NCBI GenBank assembly: GCA_021816865.1
Contig: JAKAWX010000001.1
Coordinates: 124,739 to 188,738, forward strand
DNA: 64,000 nucleotides
Direction: 5' to 3'
Origin: Thermoplasmata archaeon
GTDB taxonomy: Archaea > Thermoplasmatota > Thermoplasmata > Lutacidiplasmatales > UBA184
A program made the translations under genes and the position numbers. The notes beneath the pieces are model-generated. The model did not search any database. It saw nothing but the letters and a program-made list of their open reading frames with translations, and was not told the origin of the DNA. How positions within the stretch are numbered: the stretch's first letter is position 1; each line of letters opens with the position of its first letter. Shown in pieces: positions 45,090 through 53,733 of this stretch.

Positions 45090-45257
45090 ATGGACGGCCG
45101 ACTGTTCACGGTCCTGGGTTTCCTGGTCCTTCCGGTCGCCCTGCTCGGCCTCACGGTCGCGGAGTTCCACTCGAACCCCGTGGCGATCCTTGCCTTGCTC
45201 GCGATGATGATCGGCGGGGCGTTCTACCTTCTGACCTACAGCGAGACGTTCGCCTAA
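45090..45257 (+). CDS. small two-TM membrane protein (55 aa)
   Basis: MDGRLFTVLGFLVLPVALLGLTVAEFHSNPVAILALLAMMIGGAFYLLTYSETFA. A CCTTAAGT box lies about 29 nt upstream of this ATG. Track ORF starts at the GTG at 45063. Confidence 0.45.
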   Translation: MDGRLFTVLGFLVLPVALLGLTVAEFHSNPVAILALLAMMIGGAFYLLTYSETFA

Positions 45258-45313
45258 GTTCCCCCGCCGCGACCGCCGCTGACCCCCGGGTCGCGCGCTC
45301 CGTCGTCGCCGGG

Positions 45314-46138
45314 CTACCGGTACATCTCGGGGGACGGCGGCTGCGGGGTTTCCGTCGACGGTTGGGAGGGGCGGGCCTTCATCGCCGCCCTGAGCGCCTT
45401 CTCGATCTGCTCGGCTTGGGCGCGCAGCGGTCCGGTATCGATCTCGATCTCGGGCAGGAGGCGGTCGAGCGACTCGATGAGCGCCGCGCCCGCCCGGTGG
45501 TCCGGCAGGCCCTCGGCGACGCGAGCGCTCACGAGGAGGACGACGACCGGCACGGACCGGCCCAATCCCTGGACGAGGAGACCTCCGGAAACCCCGCCGA
45601 TCACTCCGTCCTCGAGCATCCGCGCCTTCGTGGCCTCGAGGCCGTGCAGGATCGCCGGATCCTTACGAGAGCACGCGAACCAGACCTGCTCGGGGCGGTC
45701 GTCGGTGAGCGCGGCCGCGGTCTCGGCGCTCTCGTCCTCCTCGTCGCCCGCCGGATGGGGCACCACACCTTCGAGGCAAACGATCATCCGCGCTCGGTGG
45801 CGCTCGGCGTTGTCGAGGATCGTCCGGGCGAGGGCGTTCGCTTGCGGCGGCGTCGGCGGGAACTCGGAGAGCACGAGGGCGAGGTCGGGGCGGCCGTACG
45901 CGCGGACCATGGGATTGACCTCGCCGCCCTGCACGATCGCGATCGGGGAGAGCTCCGGCGAGTCGAACCGGCCGACCCGCGGGAGCTTGAGCGCACGGAT
46001 GATGTAGTGCGCGGCCACGATCGCCGCAAGGCCCGCACTCGGGAACGCCGAAACGACCACGGACCCGGTCTGGAACGTCGCCGACGGCTCGGCTTCCTCG
46101 CGCCAGGTGAACTCCAACGGGACCACCGCCCGACGCAA
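45314..46138 (-). CDS. proteasome assembly chaperone (PAC2) family protein
   Basis: VVVSAFPSAGLAAIVAAHYIIRALKLPRVGRFDSPELSPIAIVQGGEV...MIVCLEGV...VVVLLVSARV is the archaeal PAC2/DUF75 pattern. I chose the TTG at 46138, which lies 8 nt after AAGGAGGG. An alternative is the GTG at 46126. The long track ORF reaching 47209 is antisense to fen and is not credible. Confidence 0.75.
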   Translation of the reverse strand: MRRAVVPLEFTWREEAEPSATFQTGSVVVSAFPSAGLAAIVAAHYIIRALKLPRVGRFDSPELSPIAIVQGGEVNPMVRAYGRPDLALVLSEFPPTPPQANALARTILDNAERHRARMIVCLEGVVPHPAGDEEDESAETAAALTDDRPEQVWFACSRKDPAILHGLEATKARMLEDGVIGGVSGGLLVQGLGRSVPVVVLLVSARVAEGLPDHRAGAALIESLDRLLPEIEIDTGPLRAQAEQIEKALRAAMKARPSQPSTETPQPPSPEMYR

Positions 46139-46213
46139 GGCCCATCCCTCCTTTAGAGCCTGTCGGGAGGGGCCGCGGCAACCCCAAGTACTTCCGCCCG
46201 CTCCGAGGACGAC

Positions 46214-47248
46214 GTGGGGCTTCCGTTCAAGGAGATCGTCTCCGCGCAAGAGCTCCCCTGGGAGGCGCTCGCCGGGCGTACCCTCGCCGTCGACGGCTAC
46301 AACGCGGTCTACCAGTTCCTCGCGACGCTGCGCCAGCGGGACGGCCAACTGTTCTCCGACGCCGAGGGACGCGTAACGAGCCACCTCATGGGCGTCTTCT
46401 ACCGGACCACCTCGTTGCTTCGCGAGGGGGTCCTGCCGCTCTGGGTGTTCGACGGCAAGCCTCCCGAACGCAAGGCGGGAACGATCCGCCAGCGGATCGC
46501 GACGAAGGAGAAGGCTGAGGAGGAGTGGCAGAAGGCGCTCGCGGCCGGCGACCTTGAAACGGCCCGGCGGAAGGCGGCCCAGACGTCCCGCCTCACGCGG
46601 CCGATGGTGGAGGAGCTCGTAGGGCTCCTCTCGGCGCTCGGCGTTCCCGCGCTCCGGGCCCCCGGCGAGGGCGAGGCCCAGGCGGCGTTCATGGCCGCGA
46701 AGGGGACGGTCTGGGCAGCGGCGTCGGAAGATTACGACAGCCTCCTCTTCGGAGCCCCTCGACTCGTTCGCGGGCTCGCGGCGCGAGGTCGCGGGGCCAC
46801 GAGCCCCGGCGCTCAGCTGATCGACCGGGGGGACCTCCTGCTGACCCTCGGCATCGATGCGGAGGAGCTCATCCTCCTCGGGATCCTGGTGGGGACCGAC
46901 TTCAACGACGGGGCCCCCGGCTACGGGCCGAAGAAGGCGCTCAAGCTCGTCCGACAGCATCTCGGTTTCGCGAGGACCGCCGAGACGGCAGGCCTCGACC
47001 CGGTCGAGGCGAGAGAGGTCGCCGACATCTTCCGGCACCCGAACGCCACCGACACCCCGGCGCCCGCGTTCGGGCCGGTCGACGAGACCGCGGTCCGGCG
47101 GATCCTCGTGGACGAACACGGGTTCTCCGAGGCCCGGGTGCGGGCCGCGATCTCGCGCGCCCGGCAGCGCCCGGTCCCGAGCGCGAGCCCGAACGAGGCC
47201 CGGGGCCACCAGACGCTGCTCGAGACGTTCGGGGGGTCCGCGCCGTGA
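46214..47248 (+). CDS. fen: flap endonuclease 1
   Basis: LAVDGYNAVYQFL, TSHLMGVFYRT, PLWVFDGKPPE, EGEAQAA, EDYDSLLFG, and the H3TH motif LVGTDFN. Confidence 0.9.
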   Translation: MGLPFKEIVSAQELPWEALAGRTLAVDGYNAVYQFLATLRQRDGQLFSDAEGRVTSHLMGVFYRTTSLLREGVLPLWVFDGKPPERKAGTIRQRIATKEKAEEEWQKALAAGDLETARRKAAQTSRLTRPMVEELVGLLSALGVPALRAPGEGEAQAAFMAAKGTVWAAASEDYDSLLFGAPRLVRGLAARGRGATSPGAQLIDRGDLLLTLGIDAEELILLGILVGTDFNDGAPGYGPKKALKLVRQHLGFARTAETAGLDPVEAREVADIFRHPNATDTPAPAFGPVDETAVRRILVDEHGFSEARVRAAISRARQRPVPSASPNEARGHQTLLETFGGSAP

Positions 47249-48720
47249 GCCGGTTCGAGTGCGTCCCCAACTTCTCCGAGGGCCGCGACGAGTCGAAGGT
47301 CGCGCGGATCGCCGCGGCCGCCCGGGAGGTCCCCGGCGTCACGGTGCTCGACGTCGAGCGGAACGCCGACCACCACCGGTCGGTGATCAGCCTCGTCGGC
47401 GAGGGCGATGCGCTCGTCGAAGCGGTCGTCCGGATGATGACCGTGGCGACCGCCACGATCGACCTCACGCACCACCAGGGCGAGCACCCCCGGATGGGCG
47501 CCACCGACGTGGTGCCGTTCGTCCCCCTCGGCTCGGCCTCGATGGCGGAAGCGGTGAAGCTCGCGGAGCGCCTCGGCGAACGTGTCGCCCGCGAACTCGG
47601 TATCCCGGTCTATCTCTACGCGGCGGCGGCCCGACGGCCCGACCGCGCGGACCTCGCGAAGGTCCGCGAGGGCCAGTTCGAGGGGATCCGCGACTCGATC
47701 GCGGCCGACCCGGCCCGCGCGCCCGATTTCGGCCCGGCGAAGATCCACCCTACCGCGGGCGCGGTCGCGATCGGCGCACGACCGGTGCTCATCGCCTACA
47801 ACGCCTACCTCACGACGGCCGACGTGTCGATCGCGAAGAGGGTCGCGAAGGCGGTGCGGGCCCGGGACGGCGGTCTTCCCGAGGTCAAGGCGCTCGGGTT
47901 CGAGATCCGGGAGCGGTCGCGCGCCCAGGTCTCCATGAACCTGACGGACTACCGGGTGACGCCGATCCACCGGGCCCTGGAGGCCGTCCGTCGGGAGGCG
48001 CAACGCTACGGCGCCGGCATCGAGGAGTCCGAGATCGTGGGCCTCGTGCCCGAGGACGCGCTCTTCGACGCGGCGGAGTACTACCTCCAGCTCCACTCGT
48101 TCGACCGGGAGGCCGTGCTCGAGCGCAAGGTCCGCGCGGTCGACGCGGCGACTCCCGGTGGGGAATCAATCGCGTCGTTCGCCGCCCGCCTGGCGGCGCG
48201 CACGCCGACGCCCGGCGGTGGGAGCGCCTCCGCGGTCGCGGCAGCGCTCGGAGCGGCGCTCGGCGAAATGGTGCTCGCCTACTCGATGGACCCGGCGAAC
48301 CCCGCGGAGGACCTCCGCGAGGTGGCCCGCGCACTGACCGAAGGTCGGGGCCGCCTGCTCGAGCTCGCGGAGGAGGACAGCCGCTCGTACGAGGCCGTCC
48401 GAGCGGCCCGTCGCGCGCGCAAGGAACGGGCGGGGGCGGCGGACGTCCAGGCGGCGTACGTCGCGGCGCTCGAGGCCGCCGCGAACGCCCCCCTCGAGAC
48501 GGCTCGTCGGTCGGCCGAGCTCTCGGTCCGGATCGAGGCGGTCCGCGGTCGAACGAAGCCGGCGCTGGGAAGTGACCTCGTGACCGCGCTCGCCCTCCTC
48601 CGGGCGGCGACCGAGGGCGCGCTCGCGAACGTCGCCATCAACCTCGATGACCTCAGGGCTGTCGGCCGCCCGGTCGAGGCGTTCGAGGTCGAGATCGGCC
48701 GGCTGCGACCGCGAGGCTGA
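47245..48720 (+). CDS. ftcD: bifunctional glutamate formimidoyltransferase / formimidoyltetrahydrofolate cyclodeaminase-like protein
   Basis: N-terminus: ECVPNFSEGRDESKV...HHRSV...HPRMGATDVVPFVP. The C-terminal part of about 190 aa is helical and cyclodeaminase-like (TPTPGGGSASAVAAALGAALGEMV). There is a GTGA overlap with the fen stop. Confidence 0.85.
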   Translation: MSRFECVPNFSEGRDESKVARIAAAAREVPGVTVLDVERNADHHRSVISLVGEGDALVEAVVRMMTVATATIDLTHHQGEHPRMGATDVVPFVPLGSASMAEAVKLAERLGERVARELGIPVYLYAAAARRPDRADLAKVREGQFEGIRDSIAADPARAPDFGPAKIHPTAGAVAIGARPVLIAYNAYLTTADVSIAKRVAKAVRARDGGLPEVKALGFEIRERSRAQVSMNLTDYRVTPIHRALEAVRREAQRYGAGIEESEIVGLVPEDALFDAAEYYLQLHSFDREAVLERKVRAVDAATPGGESIASFAARLAARTPTPGGGSASAVAAALGAALGEMVLAYSMDPANPAEDLREVARALTEGRGRLLELAEEDSRSYEAVRAARRARKERAGAADVQAAYVAALEAAANAPLETARRSAELSVRIEAVRGRTKPALGSDLVTALALLRAATEGALANVAINLDDLRAVGRPVEAFEVEIGRLRPRG

Positions 48721-48730
48721 GGAAGGCCCC

Positions 48731-49438
48731 ATGGAGCCCTCTCGGGAGTCGGGCCGGGGCGCACGACCGGAGGTCTGGGTCAATTGCGCCGCGTCGTTCG
48801 ACGGACGACTCGCCTACGCGGACGGTGCCCGGGCCCGGCTCTCGTCGCCCGAGGACCTCGTCCGGGTCCAAACGCTACGTCGGGACTCGGACGCCATCCT
48901 GGTCGGCGTCGGCACGGTGGTGAAGGACGACCCGTCCCTGCGCGTGCACTGGGAGCTCCTCGGCGAACCGGTCGGACGGAACCCCACGCGGGTGGTCGTC
49001 GACGGGAGCGGCCGGACGCCCGAGTCCGCCCGGGTCCTCGACACGACGGCGTCGACGATCGTCGCTACCTCCCGACGCTCGACCCGCCGTTTCCCGGCCC
49101 ACGTCCGGGTCGTCGTCTGCGGCGAGCGCCGGGTCGAGATCCCCGAGCTCTTCCGCCGACTCCACGATCTCGGGGTCCAACGGATGCTGGTCGAGGGGGG
49201 GGCCGAGATCCTCTCGAGCGTCCTTCGCTCGGGCCTCTTCGACCGGTTCACGGTCTACACCGCACCGGTCGGCATCGGAGGAGCGACCGCGCCGCCGATC
49301 CTGGCAGGCCCCGAGACCCACGGACCCGACGAGACGGTCGACCTCCGCCTGGTCGGTATCGAGCGGCTCGGCGAGGGGCTCGTCGCGACCTACACACCCC
49401 GTCGGGACCCCCCGGCCCGCACGGCGCTTCCCCGGTAG
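48731..49438 (+). CDS. 2,5-diamino-6-(ribosylamino)-4(3H)-pyrimidinone 5'-phosphate reductase (RibD C-terminal family)
   Basis: VWVNCAASFDGRLA, DAILVGVGTVVKDDPSL, VVDGSGRTP, MLVEGGAEI. I used the ATG at 48731. Track ORF starts at 48647. Confidence 0.8.
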   Translation: MEPSRESGRGARPEVWVNCAASFDGRLAYADGARARLSSPEDLVRVQTLRRDSDAILVGVGTVVKDDPSLRVHWELLGEPVGRNPTRVVVDGSGRTPESARVLDTTASTIVATSRRSTRRFPAHVRVVVCGERRVEIPELFRRLHDLGVQRMLVEGGAEILSSVLRSGLFDRFTVYTAPVGIGGATAPPILAGPETHGPDETVDLRLVGIERLGEGLVATYTPRRDPPARTALPR

Positions 49439-49488
49439 CCGCCCGAGACCGGCCGGGGCGGGGCATAGGTTCATAACCCCCGGCCCGC

Positions 49489-49908
49489 GTGATTAGTACC
49501 GTGACGATGGCTACTCCGATGGCGATGGCGCCCCCGTACCCCGCGCGGCGTCCCCTCGGCGTATCGATCCTCGCGGTCCTGGTCGGGATCTACGGGGTCG
49601 TCCTGATCCTCGGCGGACTCCTCCTCCTCGTCGGCTCGGTCGCCCTGTCGGCCCTCGGCTTCGGACCCCATTTCCTCGGCCTCGTGGGGGTGCTCGCGGG
49701 CGCGGTCGTGCTAATCGTCGGCCTGATCATCCTCGGGGTCGCGCTCGGGCTCTGGCACCTTCGGCTCTGGGCCCTCGTCCTCGCCCTGATCGTGACGTTC
49801 GTCGAACTCCTCGGTTACGCGGTCGGTGGAAACTTCGTCAGCTTCGGGTTCATCTTCTCGCTCATCATCTTCGTCTACCTGATCGCCGTCCACCGACACT
49901 TCCACTAG
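49489..49908 (+). CDS. hypothetical membrane protein (4 predicted TM)
   Basis: Strongly hydrophobic: SILAVLVGIYGVVLILGGLLLLVGS..., LWALVLALIVTFVELLGY... An alternative start is the ATG at 49507. Confidence 0.5.
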   Translation: MISTVTMATPMAMAPPYPARRPLGVSILAVLVGIYGVVLILGGLLLLVGSVALSALGFGPHFLGLVGVLAGAVVLIVGLIILGVALGLWHLRLWALVLALIVTFVELLGYAVGGNFVSFGFIFSLIIFVYLIAVHRHFH

Positions 49909-50012
49909 GCCAAGGATACTCGGCCCGGGGGCCGGCGGGGCGGGTCCCGTCCCGGGTCGCTCCGACGCGCACCCGTTATCCGTCCGAACGACTCCCCGGG
50001 AGGGGGATTCGC

Positions 50013-51020
50013 GTGAAGCTCGTGCACTTCACCCTGCAGGACCAGTTCCACTTCGGCATGATCACGGACTCGAACGAGTTCATCGACCTCGACAACGCGT
50101 GCCGGGATTACTATGGGGTCAATCCGGTGAAGGGCGCCGACCCGAGCCGGTTCCGCGACATGCAGGCGTTCTTCTCGGGAGGGGCCGGCTCCGTCGAACT
50201 CACGAGGAAGATCACCGAGTACATCGACCGGCGGCGCAAGATGGGCTGGACGCCCCGCGCCGCGACCGGCGCGCGTCTCTTGTTCAAGGCCGAGGAGGGT
50301 GTCAAGCTCCTCGCCCCGGTCGTGCGGGGCGTGAAGGTCTACTGCCTCGCCTCGAATTCCCGCTCGCACGTGACGGAGCAGGGGAAGCCGATCCCGAAGC
50401 ACCCGTACGTCTTCACGCGGTTCGCGAACAGCCTTGTCGGACCGACCGAGCCGCTCGTCCTCAACCCCGCGGGCTCGTTCCCCGACGTCGAGCTCGAGCT
50501 CGCGGTCGTGGTCGGCAAACGGGGCAAGCACATTCCCGTCGAGCAGGCGATGGAGCACATCGCGGGCTACACGATCGCGCTCGATCTGGGCTACCGCGAT
50601 CTCCAGTACCCCGCCGACGGCGGCCCCGTCGACTGGGTCATGGGGAAGGGGTTCGACGGGACGATGGCCGTCGGGCCGTGGGTCGTCCCGAAGGAGGAGG
50701 TCGGGGAACCGTACCCGCTCGCGATGGAGCTCAAGGTCGGCGGGGTCGTCCGGCAGGCCGGCGACACCACCGACTACATCTTCCGGATCCCCGAGGTGCT
50801 CGCGCACCTTTCGACGGGGATCACGTTCGAGCCGGGGGACCTCATCTCCCTCGGGAGCCTCGGCGGAGTCCCCGGCTACGAGTTCGGCAACGAGTCGAGG
50901 AAGCTCAAGCCGGGCGACCAGATCGAGGCGACGATCGACCGGATCGGTCGCCTCCTCATCCCGGTGAGGGCCGAAGCTCCGCTTCCCCCCGCAGCACCAG
51001 GAACAGCGCCACCGGCGTAG
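50013..51020 (+). CDS. fumarylacetoacetate hydrolase (FAH) family protein
   Basis: The FAH-fold pattern is present: ELELAVVVGKRGK, DLGYRDLQ, KGFDGTMAVGPWVV, DYIFRIPEVLAHLSTGITFEPGDLISLGS. The GTG start is preceded by GGGAGGGGG. Confidence 0.85.
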   Translation: MKLVHFTLQDQFHFGMITDSNEFIDLDNACRDYYGVNPVKGADPSRFRDMQAFFSGGAGSVELTRKITEYIDRRRKMGWTPRAATGARLLFKAEEGVKLLAPVVRGVKVYCLASNSRSHVTEQGKPIPKHPYVFTRFANSLVGPTEPLVLNPAGSFPDVELELAVVVGKRGKHIPVEQAMEHIAGYTIALDLGYRDLQYPADGGPVDWVMGKGFDGTMAVGPWVVPKEEVGEPYPLAMELKVGGVVRQAGDTTDYIFRIPEVLAHLSTGITFEPGDLISLGSLGGVPGYEFGNESRKLKPGDQIEATIDRIGRLLIPVRAEAPLPPAAPGTAPPA

Positions 51021-52221
51021 GGAGCTCGTCGGAGCCGCCCGGGTGCCCGCGGACGCCGCCCCCGGGAAACGGCAGGTCGACGCGTTCGCGGTACGCGATC
51101 GCCGTCCGGGTCTCCTCGGGATCGCTCGTGAGCGCATCGCGGAACGGGTCGAACCCCGGGATCGCGTCCCGCGCGAGCGGGACCACGCGCAGCCCCGTGC
51201 CGCCGTGGAGCGAGCCCGGCAGCCGGATCAGCCGGTGGATGTCGGTCGTCACCGGCGCGTCCGTCTCCCCCTGGACCTCGACGACCGCCCGGCCGACGAT
51301 CGCCTCGAGGAGCTCGGCCGGCAGGTCCTTGCGGAAGACGTCAAGCGTGCGTGACGCGCGGATCTTCTCGGCGCCCCGCTCGGTGACGAGGAGACGGGCC
51401 CACCGCCGCGCGACGGCCGGCGGGACCCCGTACCCCTTGAGCTCGTCGGCGACCGCGCCGACGGGCAGCGCCTCCCACCGGCCTAGGACCTCGAGGAAGG
51501 CGCGGGTCGTGCGACCTTTCCATCCCGGCGCGTCGGGCGGTGCGAGCCGACGCGTCCGGGCGAGGGCGGAGCCGCCGAGCCCCGGCTCCGGTTCCTCGTC
51601 GAGCACCGCGGCGGTGCGGCCCCGGCGCACGTCCTCCCGACCTTGTTCGACCGCGAGCATCGGGTCCACGCCCGTGCCGAGGATGTAGTCGACGAGCTCG
51701 CGGCGCTCGGGGCTCGTCAGGGCGAGGAACCGCTCGTCCCGGACGTGGACGTGGTACCCCCGTCCTCCCGAGAAGACGAACGACGTGGCGTCGGGGTCGA
51801 CGCCGAAGTCGCCGAAGAGGAAGTCGTCGACGAGCCGGAGGAGGCGGTCCTTCACGAGCGCGAGCTGGCCCGCATAGTCCCGGGACTCGGCCCCGCGCAG
51901 ATGGTCCGCGTCGAGGTCGAAGATGAGGTCGGCGCCGAGCCACTCCTTGGCGGCCATCGTCGGCCCGTCCGGGTACCGGTAGTAGGCGGAGGAGTAGTAC
52001 ACGTGCCGGGGGACCTCGCGCGCGAGGAAGGCGCGGAACTCCTCGGGCCCGCGCAACGTCGCGTGCCGGCGCATCATCGTTTCGAGCGCGAAAGGGAACG
52101 CCGCGAATTCGCGTCGCGCAAGCCGGGTCGGCGCCGGGACGTCGGCGATCGCGTAGTACCGGGCGAAGACGCCGCGCGCCCAGGCGAGCGTGGGAGCGTC
52201 GAGCGGAACGGTCTTCGCCAT
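50956..52221 (-). CDS. priS: DNA primase small (catalytic) subunit PriS
   Basis: REFAFPFAL-type N-terminus (RREFAAFPFALETMMRRH), catalytic LIFDLDADH, and SGGRGYHVHV. I trimmed the start to the ATG at 52221, 5 nt after the KH gene stop. Confidence 0.85.
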   Translation of the reverse strand: MAKTVPLDAPTLAWARGVFARYYAIADVPAPTRLARREFAAFPFALETMMRRHATLRGPEEFRAFLAREVPRHVYYSSAYYRYPDGPTMAAKEWLGADLIFDLDADHLRGAESRDYAGQLALVKDRLLRLVDDFLFGDFGVDPDATSFVFSGGRGYHVHVRDERFLALTSPERRELVDYILGTGVDPMLAVEQGREDVRRGRTAAVLDEEPEPGLGGSALARTRRLAPPDAPGWKGRTTRAFLEVLGRWEALPVGAVADELKGYGVPPAVARRWARLLVTERGAEKIRASRTLDVFRKDLPAELLEAIVGRAVVEVQGETDAPVTTDIHRLIRLPGSLHGGTGLRVVPLARDAIPGFDPFRDALTSDPEETRTAIAYRERVDLPFPGGGVRGHPGGSDELPTPVALFLVLRGEAELRPSPG

Positions 52222-52226
52222 CCGCG

Positions 52227-52805
52227 CTACCCTTCGTCGGGCGGCGCGTCGACCCCGACCGCCGCCTCGACGACCGACTCGCGCCGAAGCCGCGCGAGCA
52301 GATGGAAGACGGTCGAGTGCTCGCTGCCGCGCAGGAGGAGCTCGACCGCCCGCGTCGCGTGCTCGAGCTGCCCTTCCTCGCCGATCAGCGCGACCGTCGA
52401 GCCGTAGACGCTCATCGAACATCCCGAGAGCTCCTCGATCCTCGAGCGAGCCCGGCCGCGCGTGCCGATCACCCGGGCCCGGATGCGGCGGAGCGCGTCC
52501 TTCTCGTGGCGGCCGGTGGTGAACTTGATGTCGAGGATGCCGAGGAACGTGTCCTTCTTCAGCAGGCGCATCGCGCGCGCCGGCGAGAACCCGCGGCCGA
52601 TCGCGAGGACGATGTCGCGCGCCGTGAGGACCCGCATGGGGTCGTCGTCCGGCCCGGAAACGCGCACCTCGCCCTCCGCCGCGTCGACCACGACCTCGGC
52701 ACCGGTGCGCTCGGCGATCTCGCGACGCGTGCGCCCGCCCGGGCCGATGAGGGCACCGATGCGGTCCTCGGGGATCCGAGCGTAGAGCACCGGCACCTCC
52801 CTCAT
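52227..52805 (-). CDS. KH-domain RNA-binding protein (archaeal Dim2/Pno1-like)
   Basis: There are two KH motifs: RIGALIGPGGRTRREIAERTGA and RARVIGTRGRARSRIEELSGC. There is an ATGA start/stop overlap with rio1. Confidence 0.8.
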   Translation of the reverse strand: MREVPVLYARIPEDRIGALIGPGGRTRREIAERTGAEVVVDAAEGEVRVSGPDDDPMRVLTARDIVLAIGRGFSPARAMRLLKKDTFLGILDIKFTTGRHEKDALRRIRARVIGTRGRARSRIEELSGCSMSVYGSTVALIGEEGQLEHATRAVELLLRGSEHSTVFHLLARLRRESVVEAAVGVDAPPDEG

Positions 52806-53587
52806 CCCCTCCCCGTCGGCGGACCGACCTCGTCCCCACCCACCGCCGAATAGAACTCCTGCGGCGTGACCGCATGGCCGAGACGGGTAACGAACTTGGT
52901 GAAGTTCTCGATGTCCCGCCGGAGGAGGCGGGGCGCCTCGGGGTGGTCGGTGGGGATCGCCTGGGCGACGTCGATCAGGACGACGCGATCGTCGAAATAG
53001 AGCACGTTGTACGGCGAGAGGTCCCCGTGGACGAGCTTCGCCGTGCGCACCATACCGCCGATCTCGCGAACGAGCTCGTCGTAGAGCGCCTTCGGGTCCG
53101 GCACGAGGGCGTCCTTGAGGCGCGGGGCGGCACCCTCCTCCGTGCCGATGTACTCCATCACGAGGATGTTCCGGTAGTGGGCGTACGGAAGGGGCGCCCG
53201 GACGCCCGCGTCGCGCAGTCGGCCGAGGATCGTGTGCTCCCGGCGCGTCCAAGCGAAGATGAGACCCCCGAAGTTGCGCACGCTCGCCTCGCGCTTCAGC
53301 TGCTCGAGGGCGTAGGCGGGGAGACGGCGGAAGGTCGTGTTCGAGATCCGGTAGATCTTGACGGCCCGGTACTCCACTCCCTTCGTGGCCCGGAAGACAC
53401 CGCCCTCCTTGCCGGTCGAGATCGGGTGGTCGATCGCGTCGAACTCCCCCCGGTTGACGAGACGCGAGACGGCCAGCAGCGTCGCGTGGTCGAAGAACTC
53501 GTCGAGGAGCTTGCGCTGGTCGGACTCCCGGCGGCGGTCTTCGACCCGTTCGTGCCGGGGGAACACGACCGCGTTGGGACGAGGCAT
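52802..53587 (-). CDS. rio1: RIO1-type serine protein kinase
   Basis: ISTGKEGGVFRA, AVKIYR, LVHGDLSPYNVL, and IDVAQA. Confidence 0.85.
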   Translation of the reverse strand: MPRPNAVVFPRHERVEDRRRESDQRKLLDEFFDHATLLAVSRLVNRGEFDAIDHPISTGKEGGVFRATKGVEYRAVKIYRISNTTFRRLPAYALEQLKREASVRNFGGLIFAWTRREHTILGRLRDAGVRAPLPYAHYRNILVMEYIGTEEGAAPRLKDALVPDPKALYDELVREIGGMVRTAKLVHGDLSPYNVLYFDDRVVLIDVAQAIPTDHPEAPRLLRRDIENFTKFVTRLGHAVTPQEFYSAVGGDEVGPPTGRG

Positions 53588-53733
53588 GACGGCGGTGCCA
53601 CCGGGCGCGCGCTCTTAGACTCTCGGGGCCGAACTACGGTCCCTAGGGCACGGGTCAAGGGTCGGCGGTCCGCGTGCGCACGTGGTGCCGGTGTAACCGC
53701 ACCTATTTGGACCCGGGACGACTCCTAGGCATC

